In this document: positions 41,916 through 58,212 of the stretch, in pieces
How the letters are laid out: each line of letters begins with the position of its first letter
Position numbering within the stretch: position 1 is the first letter of the stretch
NCBI GenBank assembly: GCA_964016885.1
Contig: OZ024742.1
Location: 131,254,001 to 131,318,000 of the forward strand
Length of the DNA: 64,000 nucleotides
Direction: 5' to 3'
From: Eledone cirrhosa
Taxonomy: Eukaryota
Made by a program: the position numbers and the translations under genes
Notes under the pieces: generated by a model
Database searches by the model: none
Told to the model about the DNA's origin: nothing
What the model saw: only the letters and a program-made list of their open reading frames with translations

Positions 41916-42357
41916 CTCCTCCCCTCTCTATCATGCTCTCTTATCAAGCTCTGTTAAAATATTCCCCTCCAGTTCTATTCAAGCTTTTTCTTAATAACAT
42001 TCTGGATGTTCTTCCATTTCCACATTCAGCGTCTATTTGTTGTATCTTTTAATAAATATTAATATTCCCCATCATAATTTGATTTATTAGATACAATCAT
42101 TTTATGCAACAGTTTACCAAAGTCGCTAAAATCTATTGAAATCAACTCACCGGAATTTTAATTTAATATGTCACTCCTCTCTCACAACTACAACAATAAT
42201 AACTGTAGTGGCCGTAGTAGTAATACCAACAATTATTGTTTAGCGGGTACAGCGGATTGAATAAACTTCAGTACAAGATTGGTACATATTTTACCTATCC
42301 TGAGGGTAGGTAAAATAGAATTACATTTTTCAATACCCAATTACGTTGTATCGTAAA

Positions 42358-44020
42358 TAATTGTTTCTACTTTTGACACAAGGCCAGCAATTATCCAGTG
42401 TATTACTGGTACTTTATTTTATCGACCCCGTAAGGATGAAAGGCAAAGTTAACCTCGGCGGGATTTGAACTCAGAATGACAAAGGCTGTAACTCTATGCG
42501 TCAAAGCATGGCGGCCGACCCTATACTGTTACTGCCAATCCAATCGTAAATAATGGTTTCTAATTTTGGTACAAGACCATCTATTTTGGGGAAAGGGAAT
42601 GTCAATTATATTGACCCTAGTACTTGGCTGTTACTTAATTTTATCTACTTCTGGAAGGAATAAATCGAAGTTATCCTTGGTATGATTTCAAATCAATAAG
42701 TAAAAAGCCGTTACTTTATGTCTGGCGCACTAACGGTCATACCAATTTCCCATCATAGAATGGAAAATAATAATTGTGTCTACTTTTGGCACAAGGCCAG
42801 CAATTATCTCAGTGCATTACTGGTACTTTATTTTATCGACCCTGTAAGGATAAAAGGCAGAGTGAACCTCGACGGCATTTGAACTCAAACCGCAAAGGGC
42901 TCTAACTCTAGAAAATAATAACTAGAAGAGAGAACTGACGATACCACAAGGCCAGCAGTTACCCAGTACATTTATTTTATCGACCCCGTAAGGATGAAAG
43001 ACAAAGTTAATCTCTACGGGATTTGAACTCAGACTGTAAGGGAACGTAACTATGCTGGAAAGCATGTCGTCCGACCCTCTAGCGATACAGCCAGATACCA
43101 ATAATTATAATTTGTTTTCTTGTTACTAGAGTCCTTTTGTATATATATATATATATAAGAAACAGTATTAGAAAGTTGTTATAAAGCACAAGTTGAGATA
43201 TACGTATCTATATTAAAACGAGGAGAAGTCAAATACATTTTGCAATATAGTTTGATATATATAATTTTTTTTACACAAAATAATCAGATAAATATATATA
43301 TACACACACAGTGTAATTAAGAAAGCACGAGAAACAAATAAGAAAATGTCACCTACCCATGAAAGAAGAACCGCTACAAGTTTCGTGAAGATAACCCACA
43401 ATTTTGACCTCTGTGTCAAGTTGCTGTAATTGGTTTGCTACAAAAGAGCTCATGGGAAATATTAGAGTGCCAGAGAGGGTAGGAATATGACCACGTCTTC
43501 CAGATAGTTAGGGTAGAGCTGTTGATAGCTTTCATTAGCAGCCTATCACTTACATGATCCACTCAACAGGAACACTAGTTGCACATGTGTACCTGTATAT
43601 GTCATATGTATGTGGTATGGTACATGGCCAACAGTTCGGGGGAAGGGGACAGTCAATTATATCAACATCAGTACTTTATTTTATCGACCTCAGTGGGATT
43701 TGAATTCTGAATGTAGAAAGTTGTAATTAAATACCGTAAAACATTTTGTGCGACAATCTACCGATATTGCCAATCCACCACCCCAATGGTAAGTGTTAAA
43801 TAATGGTTTCTGATTTAAGCACAAGGCCAACAAGTTGTGGGGAGGGGAAAGCCGATTAAATTGACCCCAGTGCTTTACTAGTACTTTATTTTATCGACGC
43901 CCGTAAGGATGAAAGGCAAAACTAACCTCGGCTGGATTTAAAATTAGAACGTAACAGGCAGTAACTCTATGCCGCAAAGCAACTCTACCAAAGCAACTCT
44001 ACCAACTCTACCAAACCACC
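42358..44020 (-). mobile_element. Six SINE A copies, all minus strand (starting ~42358, 42552, 42770, 42945, 43620, 43800)
   Basis: Family consensus match; unique sequence lies between ~43100 and 43620. Confidence 0.85.
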
Positions 44021-44839
44021 GATCTATTGCTAAATGATGAATAATAACAAATATGTACTAGTGAAAGCATTCATTAATAGTAGTATAGTCACACAGAGTT
44101 GATCATGATGGAAGTTGGGCCACATGAGACCTTTTCAACGAAGATGAACGAAACCGGAAATGATATTTCTGAGGTTAGAGACCGCTCCTATCATTTATCA
44201 TACAGACTGATGCATTACCAGCGAATCCACCAACAAGCAATTATATATACTGTTTTTTTTACGTCCAACCTATTTTCACTACGATAAAACCATAATGACC
44301 CCACCTAGAAGCCAAGAAGCCAAGCGAGCGCACACAGCTGACTTTATCAGACGTTTGTGTTATTTACGAGACTGAAACTTTCATATTGAGAGACATTTGA
44401 AAAGTTTGGTTTATGCGAAAATGTTATAGTGACTTTCGATATTCATTGACCCGTATAGTAGAGAACATCTGAAATGTCGTTCCATTTCACGAACACAATA
44501 AATTTGAAAATTAAGATTGTATTTTCGTTAAGAATTCATTTACTGACATTCTGTTGTTTCCCTCACAATATATATTCCTCAACCCTGAGTATAGAGTGCT
44601 TGACATATAAGCCATAAACACTACGTGAAATGCAGAGCTAGGATACTTTTAACACATCACTGAGACCTTTCTTAATGAATATCTTTTCTAACACGTGATT
44701 ATGAAGAAGTTCTAAATTTCATAAGTATTTGACATATTGAAAGGCAAAATTCTGATCATGCTATTTAAGACTTAGCTGCAGGTACATTATCTCTCCTGTT
44801 TTACGCAATAACGTGCGCTCACTAATCTACTATGTCCTA

Positions 44840-45835
44840 ATGTACTAATTGAGAAAGTCATCATACCATCCCAAACATTCTAAACGAAGCCTATCGTATA
44901 CAAAACTGAACGTTTCGTGAAAAGAATGCTTTTTAACTTCAGTTTGACCACTATAAACCAATACACAGAGCAATATCTAACAAACTAAACACAACGAAAA
45001 CCTTCAGCAATCTTATGATACCAAACATCTTTACGAAACAAATTCTCACACACACGTAAACAACTCTATCAGATAATGGTTTCTTATATAGGCACAATGC
45101 CAGCAATTTTGGGGGGGAGGGGAAAGTCGATTAAATTGACCCCAGTGCGGGACTGGTACTTTATTTTATCGACCCCGTAAGGATGAAAGGCAAAGTTAAC
45201 CTCGGCGGGATTTGAACTCAGATCATAAAAGGCCGTATCTCTATACTGCAGAGCATGGTGTCCGACCCTCTACCGATACTGCCAATGCATCGCCCTACAG
45301 CTCGATCAGATAATATCATTAATTTATACGAAAAATAAACATCAACAATAACAGAATAGATTTCATTAATATAGAAACCACCAAGAAAATTACAACATGC
45401 TTGAATATCCAATAGTGTCGACACTTTAACAATATGAAAACCATATATCACTTTTAATCATCGTGAATCTAATTTCCTAAGCAATCCATTTAGTCATCAA
45501 TCCCAGGAAAAGTCGAATAGATACCGTTAGCAATATATTTTGATAAAATCATCCCCAAAATTAAAGAAAGTTCCACCTTACCACTATGGAAGAACAACAT
45601 CTCATTTATCAAATGGTTCACTAACATTAGTAATGGACAACAATACAGCTTCTTCTTGGTCGATAACGTAGATTAGTACTCATCAATCCCCAAACTAATG
45701 TTCTAAGATGCACCACGTTTCCACAAAATCTTCATCCTCATTAGTGAATCTGAAACCATTATTAATTGCAAATATTTGGTATTGACCTTTTACAAAACAA
45801 TTTGTGGCTAAAAAAAATGGCAGTTCTTTTGATCT
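44840..45835 (+). mobile_element. Penelope-like RT remnant interrupted by a SINE A (45075-45296, minus)
   Basis: KTERFVKRM; YITFNHRESNFLSNP; VINPRKSRI; LPLWKNNISFIKWF; FFLVDNVD*YSSI (FDIVDFYPSI); CTCtATCAGATAAT/CTCgATCAGATAAT TSD around the SINE. Confidence 0.8.
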
Positions 45836-46334
45836 CAGCAAAAAGCTAGTAACTCATATGAAACATTCAAATTTATCTATCTCATTGAATATGACATCTA
45901 ATAGCCATGCAAACACACTCACAGATACACATACACGCCCATACACATACACACAACACGCCCATACACATACAAAAGCTCACGCAAATATGTATATGCT
46001 CTTTTCATTACGGTTTACACTTGGAAAACAGATTTTAAGGACTCCGATTTACCATGTATTTTAAGTAAAATATATTTTACTTATATGTATAGAAGCACTC
46101 GAAGCATTAATTAATTAATTTGTAGAGCTGAAAAGATAGAGATTGGGCAAACGTATCTCATATGATTTATATGTAAGAAAAACAACAACAAAACACAAAA
46201 AAGACAAGAGAGACAGAAGGAGAGAAGAGAAAGAGGCACACGAGGCAGAAAGAAGAAAAAAACGATACACATGAAACGTTATAAAGGAAGTAAATGTTCT
46301 TGTTTAGGAAAATCTAATTTATATTTTGTAAATT

Positions 46335-46520
46335 AATTGTTTCTACTTTAGGCACAAGGCCAGCAATTACCCAGTACATTATTGGTACTTTATTTTATCG
46401 ACCCCGTAAGGATGAAAGGCAAAGTTAACCTCGGCGGGATTTGAACGCAGACTGTAAAGGGACGTAACTATGCTAGCAAGCATGGCGTCCAACCCTCTAC
46501 CGATACTGCCAATTCACCGG
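46335..46520 (-). mobile_element. SINE A
   Basis: Family consensus match. Confidence 0.9.
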
Positions 46521-46944
46521 TAAATTACTGACAATACATTACACCTCTAATCCTGGTAGTTTTCTAAAGACCAGACATAATATACATATATACGCTTTAC
46601 TGTAAAAAAGATGAAACATAACAATGCGATAAATGGATACGGAAAAAATAGATACTCTGTTGAAATAATAATGGGACGGGGGAATATCATAATATTATAG
46701 ACTAAAGTCTTGAAACTGATGACCCAGCCCAACCGCTGTCCAAAGATAACAACGAATGAGACAATAAAAGAAGTCATGATAAATTTACATTAAGTGAAAT
46801 ATCGAAGCCAAATATTATATTATAAGAAAAATGTGCTGACTTTTACGAATTGTCACGTTGTTCATTGGACAATTCCTCACCAAATGATTTTTTTAAAAAT
46901 CAATCAATATACAAATACGATCTAAACTACAATTATAATACACA

Positions 46945-47030
<86 letters not shown>

Positions 47031-47140
47031 TTACTATGTGAGATTCTGCATACATGAATGCAGACAGAGCAGCGACTAGACAATGAAATATCGGACAATT
47101 ATAGCGTAATAAAAATATATGTATATATACATACACACAC

Positions 47141-47221
<81 letters not shown>

Positions 47222-47248
47222 TATATAAATATATATATATATATATAT

Positions 47249-47308
<60 letters not shown>

Positions 47309-47375
47309 AATATATATATATATATTCTGTGTATATATATATATTATATATATATATAAACATAAATGTACACAG

Positions 47376-47449
<74 letters not shown>

Positions 47450-47827
47450 TAGTAGTGACATTTCGAAAAATAATGTCTACTAACCGCAACATCAACTACA
47501 AGCTATCATCAATATATGACAATTACAGTTAAAGTTGTGTTTCTCAATTGAGGATTATTTAACTGCCTGTAAAAATTAATGACGATGAGACAGAGAAATG
47601 TACATACCCATCCGACCCAACACAAGTCCAAAAATAAAGAAAATAAATATGTTAATACAAGCAAGTGTAAAAGTCACAGGTACATATTACACATACATAT
47701 CATATACGCACATAATACATGCATATATAAACACACATACACATATATATACATACATACATATATATGTGTGTGTATTTTTCTGTCATTATGTATATAT
47801 ATATGTATGTATGTATATATGTATGTA

Positions 47828-47876
<49 letters not shown>

Positions 47877-47969
47877 GCATACACATATATATATGTATAC
47901 ACAAACATACATACACATATACATACATATATAAATATATACATACATATATAAATATATAAATATATT

Positions 47970-48069
<100 letters not shown>

Positions 48070-48229
48070 TACATACATATATGCATATATACATAGTGAT
48101 AGGAAAATATACACACTGACACTAATATTACAAACATACGGGTAAACACAAGTAAGATTGAATTTCCTCACGCACGACTTATGCATATATATACATACAT
48201 ATAGAAACAAAGAGACAAATAGGGCAACA

Positions 48230-49475
48230 TATACAGACATACAAACATACACTGACATACAAACATACACAGACACACAGACATACACAAACATACACAA
48301 CCATACACAGACACACAAACATACACAACCATACACAGACACACAAACATACACAAACATACACAGACATACAAACATACACAGACACATAACCATACAC
48401 AGACACACAAATATACACAGACATACAAACATACACAGACACACAGACATACACAAACATACACAACCATACACAGACACACAAACATACACAAACATAC
48501 ACAGACACACAAACATACACAGACATACACAAACATACACAGACACACAAACATACACAGACACACAACCACACACAGACACACAAACAAACACAAACAT
48601 ACACAGACACACAAACATACACAGACACACAAACATACACAGACACACAAACATACACAGACATACACAAACATACACAGACACAAACATACACAAACAT
48701 ACACAGACACACAACCACACACAGCCACACAAACATACACAAACATACACAGACACACAAACATACACAGACACACGAACATACACAGACACACAAAAAC
48801 ATACACAGGCACACAAACATACACAGACATACACAAACATACACAAACACACAAACATACACAAACATACACAGACACACACAGACACACAAACATACAC
48901 AGACACACAAACATACACAAACACAAACATACACAGACACACAAACATACACAGACATACACAAACATACACAGACACAAACATACACAAAAATACACAG
49001 ACATACACAAACATACACAGACACACAAACATACACAGACACACAAACATACACAGACACACAAACATACACAGACACACAAACATACACAGACATACAC
49101 AAACATACACATACACAAACATACACAAAAATACACAGACATACATAAACATACACAGACACACAAACATACACAGACATACACAAACATACACAGACAC
49201 ACAAACATACACAGACACACAAACATACACAGACACACAAACATACACAGACACACAAACATACACAGACACACAAACATACACAGACACACAAACATAC
49301 ACAGACATACACAAACATACACAGACACAAACATACACAAAAATACACAGGCATACACAAACATACACAGACACACAAACATACACAGACATACACAAAC
49401 ATACACAGACACAAACATACACAAAAATACACAGGCATACACAAACATACACAGACACACAAACATACACAGACA
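48230..49475. repeat. Minisatellite, ~20-bp unit ACAGACACACAAACATACAC
   Basis: Direct reading. Confidence 0.95.
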
Positions 49476-49584
49476 GAAACTAATAATATTAGCTTCCAAA
49501 TTGTTTAATAGCGTGAATAAAACAATTCGATTTTTAAATTTCTATTTAGATTTTAATTTATTTTATTCATTCATATATTTTGTT

Positions 49585-49587
49585 CAT

Positions 49588-49638
<51 letters not shown>

Positions 49639-49888
49639 TTCATTTATTTATTTATTTATTTATTACACCCTTCCACTCCCCAACCTTGGAATTAGTGAAA
49701 TGTTTGCTACCGTTATTGCTATTGTTGTTGTTATTGTTGTTGTTATTATTACTATTGTTGTTATCATCATCATCATCATCGTCGTCGTCTTCATCATCAT
49801 CATCATGCTTATCATCCTCATTACCATCACCATCACCTTCACCATCGTCATCATCATCATCATCGTCATCATCATCATCATCATCGCT

Positions 49889-49945
<57 letters not shown>

Positions 49946-49955
49946 GCCATCATCG

Positions 49956-50030
<75 letters not shown>
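49585..50030. repeat. (TTTA)n, then (GTT/ATT)n, then (CAT)n microsatellites
   Basis: Direct reading. Confidence 0.95.
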
Positions 50031-50031
<1 letters not shown>

Positions 50032-50926
50032 ACAAAGATAAAGGAAAATAAAACAGAAAGAAAATGAAAAAGAACAAATAAAAACCATCATATCAGTGGA
50101 AGAAGTTGGGATGAAAGAGTTGAAACTGATGTGTGAAACAAAAAACTACGAATTAAATACCGAAGAGTTACGTTTAAAATTTCCACCCACCAACTAATCT
50201 CTAATTCGTGTTATTGATAGCACTATAAATAAGGATTAATGAACCGAGGGTTCATAGAACACTGGATTGTATTCTACTTTATACCTACCTACGTACTTAC
50301 ATATATGAATGTATACTTCGTCTATTTTGAGCTTAGTTTTGACCGGCCACCTTCTCGGTGGCAACACTGTAATGGAAATGAGATTTTCGTCGTCCATGTT
50401 GCAGCCATTCATACTTTGAAACGTAAAAATGTTTTATAGAGTTTGAAGGTTCAAGGTATCGGGGCTAGTTGTAGCTTATGATTTACTAAGCTGTGTTCTT
50501 TTTCCATAAATCCAAGTTCCGTCATACTTCCAGTGGTATATATCTTATAGCTTCAATAATAACATGTATGAAATTGAAAAAGTATTTTGTGGGCTGGATC
50601 TGTATATTCCTCATCATATTAAAAATATTAGGTTAAATTCGAAAGAACTACTTATACGTTTCTATTGACTAACACCTTAAAAATTGGATTGAGTACTTAA
50701 GAATAAAAGGACGAGAGTGACCTTAAAACCGTAAGAAAATATTTATCATCTATGAAAATGAATGGACTCCTTCAATTGAAGTTTTCTTACGTTGACATTG
50801 AGTGGGCAGCTAGCTTCTACACCAGATCATGTTTTTAATGTGGTCCCAAATAACAATATCAAGTCGTTTGTTCTTTAATCTATTGTCGGTTTCTATTTTA
50901 TCCATGTAAGAATACGTATATCTATG

Positions 50927-50958
<32 letters not shown>

Positions 50959-50984
50959 TGTATGTATGTATGTATGTATGTATG

Positions 50985-52067
50985 TACAACCTGTCTCATG
51001 GTCGGGTCGTTGGCGACTAAACTGGCAACACCACCAAGGTTTCTTGGTGAGGAGGGTGACTTTGGACATCCTACAGGACTAAAAACAAAACCTGTCAAAG
51101 GGCAAAGGAGCTCTTCAGAGTCAATGGCCATCCAAAATCACCGGGAGAGATGACCCCTTAGCCTTTGTCAAGGCAGAATTCTAGGAGAAGGAAAACTCTG
51201 ATATAACACCTGCAACCCTGATGGTATCCAATGATGTTGACTTGTTCTTCTTTTTGGTAAATATCATCTTGGTTAAGAGAGTGCGACTGGCTTTGTGCAG
51301 TGCCTTTGCTCAGTATAAAAGCTTCACGGCACAGGCATTGCTTTATATCTGGAGATCTCTCTGCACTTGTCATCACATGGTACGATGGGCCCAGCACTAT
51401 GTGTCAATAATTGTCACAAGTGTAGTGTTTGTACCAGAGTTTTCAAGTCGCTGGCTGGACTAAAAATTCACACTCGTCAGCGCATCGGTAGGGGTTCTCT
51501 TACATGGATATAAAGTAGTGGCCGTACTCGAAAACGAGTTGGCAGCCACCATGTATGTATGTATGTATGTATGTTGTGTCAGGTCGCTCTCGAGTGCTAC
51601 TTGTAACATGTAACCCAGTACAACCTGTCTCATGGTCGGGAGGTCGGCGACTAAACGGGCAACCCCACCAAACTTACTTGGTGAGGAGGGTGATATTTGG
51701 ACACCCGGGAAAGGACATAGGAACTCAGCCATCCAAATAGTACCTTTTTTTTTTCACCTGGGAGGGAAATGCCCCCAGTTGTTGTCACAACACCTTTCTA
51801 AGAGAGGCAAACTATGAAAAAAAAACGTGTGGCTTCGGAAATATCAGATGATGTTGACTTGTTCTTCTTTTCGGGTAGTGTTTTCGCTGCTCAGAGAGTG
51901 GAATTGGTCGATTGCAAGGCCTTTCCCCACTTACAAAACCTTCAAAGCACAGACGCTGCTTGTTCAGGATCTGTTACATGTTCGTGTGGCTGGCCGTAGC
52001 CTAAAGGTGCACCGTTTTCTGTAATCTGACAAGCGATTGCAATACTCTTAGCAGAGTTTGCAGCCAT
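50985..52067 (+). mobile_element. Two tandem RTE-derived non-autonomous elements (50985-51550; divergent subfamily 51578-52067) in (TATG)n
   Basis: Match to 39329-39937; shared leader GCTAC..GTAACATGTA.CCCAGTACAACC. Confidence 0.75.
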
Positions 52068-52089
52068 TATGTATGTATGTATGTATGTA

Positions 52090-52184
<95 letters not shown>

Positions 52185-52959
52185 CATGCGTACGTATGTA
52201 TGTTTGTGTGGGTGTGGTTTGCATTACTAGAAGTTTAAATGTAAAACTCATTGTTTAGATGTAGAAATACTGGGTGATGTGACAGTAACACATTATAATA
52301 GGACATATTGTCATTCTATGATAAGATAAGTTCCGCCTTATTGGTGAATTCTGACCACATGGTGGAACCGATAATTGATTGGAGCAATGCTGACACAATA
52401 GGTAGGACGAATTAAATATTTCACTAAAGTCTTTTGAGTAGTATTAACAACTAATAGCTTATGGTTATCTAACAGTGAACTACATTGGAGGAAGTAGTAT
52501 ACAGTTTCAGTTTTCTTGTTAATTCTTTTCATATTAGCCCGCAGAAAATTGTTTCTCGTTCTACGAAACAAAGTCACCCATTTTAAAGAAATCCTTTCTA
52601 AATTATAACCTTTCGGCATAATTTGATATAAAAACGTTGTGGTACTAATACCATCATTTTAATAAAATACTTAATAACTTTAATAAATCCAACCGAAGTG
52701 TTCAGTAATTAATTCAAAGTTATTGTATGGTATTAGAAACAAGGTAACAAAAAGGTTAAGTATATAAGAATCTACCGAGAACAGCAGAAAATGCTTTCTC
52801 TCTCGAATGTTTGTTAGATTCTTATGCTTTAAGGGTGTGGTAACTCCTTCCTACTGTTCCCGTTTTGTCACCTGATGTATGGATGTATATTTCCGCTAGA
52901 AATATACATCCATACATTACGAGCGCAAATATAAAATATGTATTATACACACACACACA

Positions 52960-52998
<39 letters not shown>

Positions 52999-53769
52999 TT
53001 TAGTGTATTATTGACGGACGTAGGAATGAATAGTTAATATCGAAGTAGGTTTAAATAATCATTTATTATGGCTAAGTAGTGAATCTTTTTACTCTGGAGT
53101 TTCACCTGCGCTCCCACAAGAATTTCAGACCAGACTACGTTTTCTATAACAGAGACAATATAAATAGAAGAATACTCAAGTGGGGAGATGAGGAAATCTA
53201 TGTTTTTGTAGGGGTGTGTAGTGAGAGAAAGAAGGGAGTTATGGAAAGAGAAACATAAAGAAAAAGAATGTAAAGAATGAACAAAGAGAAATAAGGAAGT
53301 TATGGGTATGGCATGTGTGATGATGATGATAATAATAAAGTTGATGATAGATTTGTAAAAGGAATGAAGTCTCGGAAGATGATGATGATGGTGATTAGGG
53401 TAAAGGTGATCAATAGAAAATAACGGGGGTGAATAAAATATTTACTGAAAAATAGAATTACTTGAGGAAACAATGTGTGCTCTATATAAGATGGTGAGGA
53501 TGATGGTATAGTGGAAATAGGAATTGATAAAGAAGCAGTAAATATAGTAATATTTACCTCCCCACCTTGCATTTTGTTTAAATCATTTATGGATAGGATT
53601 ATTTATATATTATCGACGCTCGGAAATCGAATTTTTGTACTACATTGGACCATGCTAAATTGTTCGAAAAGTTATTCCCCTTATATACCAGAAATATATA
53701 TTCATTCTTATCATATATATATATTATATTATATATATGAGAAGAATGAATATTTCTGGTATATAAGGA

Positions 53770-53832
<63 letters not shown>

Positions 53833-53867
53833 TATATATGTGATAAGAATAAATATTTCTGGTATAT

Positions 53868-53924
<57 letters not shown>

Positions 53925-55574
53925 ATTTTTCTAGTTGTAATTGCAGTACACTTCTGTAATAGTTCTGTAGTATCTGCACTATATGAAATGATCTTTGGGG
54001 TTAGTTTGAGACTCGTCAACAACTTAATGACATAATCAATAAAAACTAATGTTATATTTGAGATTTCATCTCTAAATATTCTCTGTTATCCGAATGACTA
54101 TTAACAATAAACACGAAATCCGCTGGGGATTTGGTTAAGTTAATTTGATTGCTGTAATTAAAAAAAGAAAGAAATGAAGACTTAATGGGTGATGGAATAC
54201 ATAATCTATCTTAATTCATTGTTCACGTAATAGGTTTTGAAGATTGCATTATTCTCAGAGTTACGGTACTATGTTCTGATTCCACAGCTGTAGATTGTGG
54301 CTATATTATATTTTATAGTCTCTCGAACTGCAATAGGGTATTCTCATGAAGATTATTGCCGTGATATGGTTTTTTTTTTTTTATTCAAGCGCAATATGGT
54401 GGGTATATATCTCTTATATATTCTATTCGGAACCTTTTGTTCAAACGCAATGCGATAAAGCTTTCTATTGTATATTATAGCCGCAGTTCTTTGTTCATTC
54501 GCAGTGCGATAGTGTGTTATGTTGTAAAATATTGCTACTGTTTCTTGTTCAATCGTAATGTGATAGAGGTTTCTTCGTAAAAAGACGTAAGGGAAACTAC
54601 CCGTGAAAATATTTAAAGGAGAACAATGTAGTATAGTTTATAAGAACAATTGTGAAATATATTGTTAGAAATATTTTGGAAAAACTAGTACAATGTAAAG
54701 AATTCGAAACGAGAGTCGAAACGAGAGTAAGTGAAATACAAAAGAACAGTTTACAATTTAACCAGGCATTTCAGGGTATTTGTGGTGAGGAGCACTTTTC
54801 GAATAGAAAAATGAATTGTGTGTGGTATGATAATAACGAATTGTGATTTAAATATTTAACGTGACTCATGAAAGTTAATCACGATTTGATAGCCGTGACG
54901 GTGCCAAGTAAACCGTTATCTAGCATTGAGCAAACGTTGGTGGGGCATACACTAAGGGCAATAACAGAAACATCGATGTGCTAATGCCGGAACGCTTATA
55001 TAATCGATTGGTTTGCTAGAAATATCAGCCAAATGTCCGATAGTAATATGATAGTAAAAACAATGTAAACATATGTTAGATAATATTGTTGTATACACTC
55101 CTAAACAAATGGACTTGAAATGTATTTGATCAAAGATCTGTTCGTCCAGAGTTGATCAAGGACAAAAAAGAAGGGAGATGAGATTAATAATAACGGTAAG
55201 AAGAGAAAAATAAGAATGGATGATAATAATGGTTTCTGATTTAAGCACAAGGCCAATAATATTGGGGGACGGGGGGACCTATTAAACCGAGTCCAATGCG
55301 TTACTGGTACTTTATTTTATGGACCCCGTAAGGATAAAAGACAAAGCTAACCTGAGTAGGATTTGAACTCGTATTTTCGAGACCATAGCCACTGAGATAC
55401 TTTTTTACGTTTAAGCTCGATGTTGTTCAATATCTCACTAAGCTTTACAACAAAACGTTAGGATACTGATATTTTCATAATTTTCCAAAAAGCATTAGTG
55501 ACTTGGGTTTTGAGAAATAGATTGAAATTCCTTTAGCGTCAATACCTGCTGGGAATGTTTATCTATACCTCTAA

Positions 55575-55605
<31 letters not shown>

Positions 55606-55920
55606 TGTATGTATGTATGTATGTATGTATGTATGTATGCATGTATGTATGTATGTATGTATGTATGTATTATGTATGTATGTATGTATGTATGTATGTA
55701 TGTATGTATGTATGTATGTATGTATGTATGTATGTATATATTTATCTATCTATCTATCTATCTATACAAGATATCTATCTAGACACATTTGTATGTACCT
55801 ACAACAACATAAACATTGACGTAGACATAAATATACACAAACACATAGTCACTTATATAAATATAAATTTGTGCACATACAGAATTATATATATATATAT
55901 ATATATATGGTAAGATGAGG

Positions 55921-55958
<38 letters not shown>

Positions 55959-56043
55959 GGTTACATATGTGCGTGTGTGTGTATCCGTATATACATATAC
56001 AAAAGCGCACGCACACGCACGATGCACATACAGACACACATTC

Positions 56044-56237
<194 letters not shown>

Positions 56238-56763
56238 CTCTTCCACACCATTCATCTTTAAAGCCAATAACGGGATATAGCGATACGTGAATATTGGAAA
56301 TACGTTCTTGTAGATGAAGTTTTACATGTTGTTAAGCACTTGTTCGCGATAAAGTGCTGGAAGATAAACTCATTACTATAGCAAATAGGTAAATGCCTCG
56401 TGGGATTTCTCTGGAGAAAAGAAGAAGAAAAAAGAAAACAATAGTGTAAAATATGCAATGAGAGAAACCCTCAATCCAGTGTAGCTGAAGTAATAGAGTT
56501 AGGTTCATTGTCGGTGTCTATTTGCTAAACAGTAACTAACCTTAACGCTTTTAGTGTTGCTGGCGAACGATGAAAGACTTATGGTCAATGGTAGTAGATT
56601 TAGGATGAAGGCAATCGATAGGGACTCACACATATACCAATATCAACCTTTAACATGTATATGCACTTATACATACATGAATACGCACACATCCCCAATA
56701 CATATATATATATATACATATATGTATCTATGTATAAACCCACACGCACACACACACACACAC

Positions 56764-56896
<133 letters not shown>

Positions 56897-56973
56897 CACA
56901 CACACATATACACATATATATATAAGATAGAAAGAGAAGGAAAGAGAGATAGGGCGAGGGAAAGATAGAGAGA

Positions 56974-57008
<35 letters not shown>

Positions 57009-57099
57009 GTGTATACTCTCAGACAGGTAGAGGTCAGGGAGAGAAAATAATATAATATATGAATTGCTATAGCACCAGTAGATTATTGCCTAAATAGAA

Positions 57100-57625
57100 T
57101 ATAACACAAACACACACACACAAGCTCACCAACTAACACACATACATACACATCCACCCACACATATACACACATACACACACACACATACACAGCAGCA
57201 CACAGCCACTCAAATAAAGTCAAACACAGATTCACCGACTCACACACACACACACACACACACAGCAGCACACATCCACTCACACACCGTCACACATAGA
57301 GTCACCGACTCACACACACACAGCCACCGACTCACACACACACATACACAGCAGCACACAGCCACTCATACACAGTCACACACAGAGTCACCGACTCACA
57401 CACAAACACACACACACACACATACACAGCAGTACACAGCCACTCACACATAGTCACACACAGAGTCAACGACGCACACACACACAGCCACCGACTCACA
57501 CACACACACACACACACATACACACACACATACACAGCAGCACACAGCCACTCACACACAGCCACACACAGAGTCACCCACTCACACACACACACAGTCC
57601 ACCACACACATGGCCACCCACTCTC
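57100..57625. repeat. CA-rich minisatellite (CATACACAGCAGCACACAGCCACTCA...AGAGTCACCGACTCA)
   Basis: Four to five variable copies. Confidence 0.85.
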
Positions 57626-57883
57626 TCTCTCTCTCACACACACACATATAAAATAATATATAAACACAGCTTATAAAAATGTGTTGTAATTGAAATAGAG
57701 AGCTGTGTTACAACTGTTTCACGCTGAATCTCCCTGAGAACTAAGTTAAGGGTACATATGCCTTTGGGATGCTCAACAAGTGATTATCACGAGCAGTCTG
57801 TACTGTTGTTCAATCAACTAGAATATTCGTCGTTGGAAGTGACGGAGGTCCAAAAACAACACACACACACACACACACACATA

Positions 57884-57971
57884 TATATTATATTATGTAT
57901 ATATATTAAGAACATGGTAAAGGAAATGAAGACAAGCATCGTGGAGATATGTGTTAACACACACACACACA

Positions 57972-58003
<32 letters not shown>

Positions 58004-58013
58004 TGCACACACA

Positions 58014-58077
<64 letters not shown>

Positions 58078-58212
58078 GATACACACACATATATATAATA
58101 TATTATGTATATATATTAAGAACATGGTAAAGGAAATGAAGACAAGCATCGTGGAGATATGTGTCAACACACATACACACACACACACACACATACACAC
58201 ACACACACTCAC
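57884..58212. repeat. Tandem duplication, ~210-bp period
   Basis: AAGAACATGGTAAAGGAAATGAAGACAAGCATCGTGGAGATATGTG occurs twice. Confidence 0.9.

Noticed and set aside
41510-42052. SP-rich 180-aa ORF resembling a CTD or extensin repeat
   Set aside because: Pyrimidine-rich minisatellite with no splice or homology support
44099-44287. Possible exon
   Set aside because: Open and weakly spliceable on both strands; cannot be assigned
49580-50091. Poly-D/M/S/I ORFs
   Set aside because: (CAT)n microsatellite
54381-54580. CRISPR-like repeat-spacer pattern
   Set aside because: Eukaryotic context, degenerate repeats, related spacers and no cas genes
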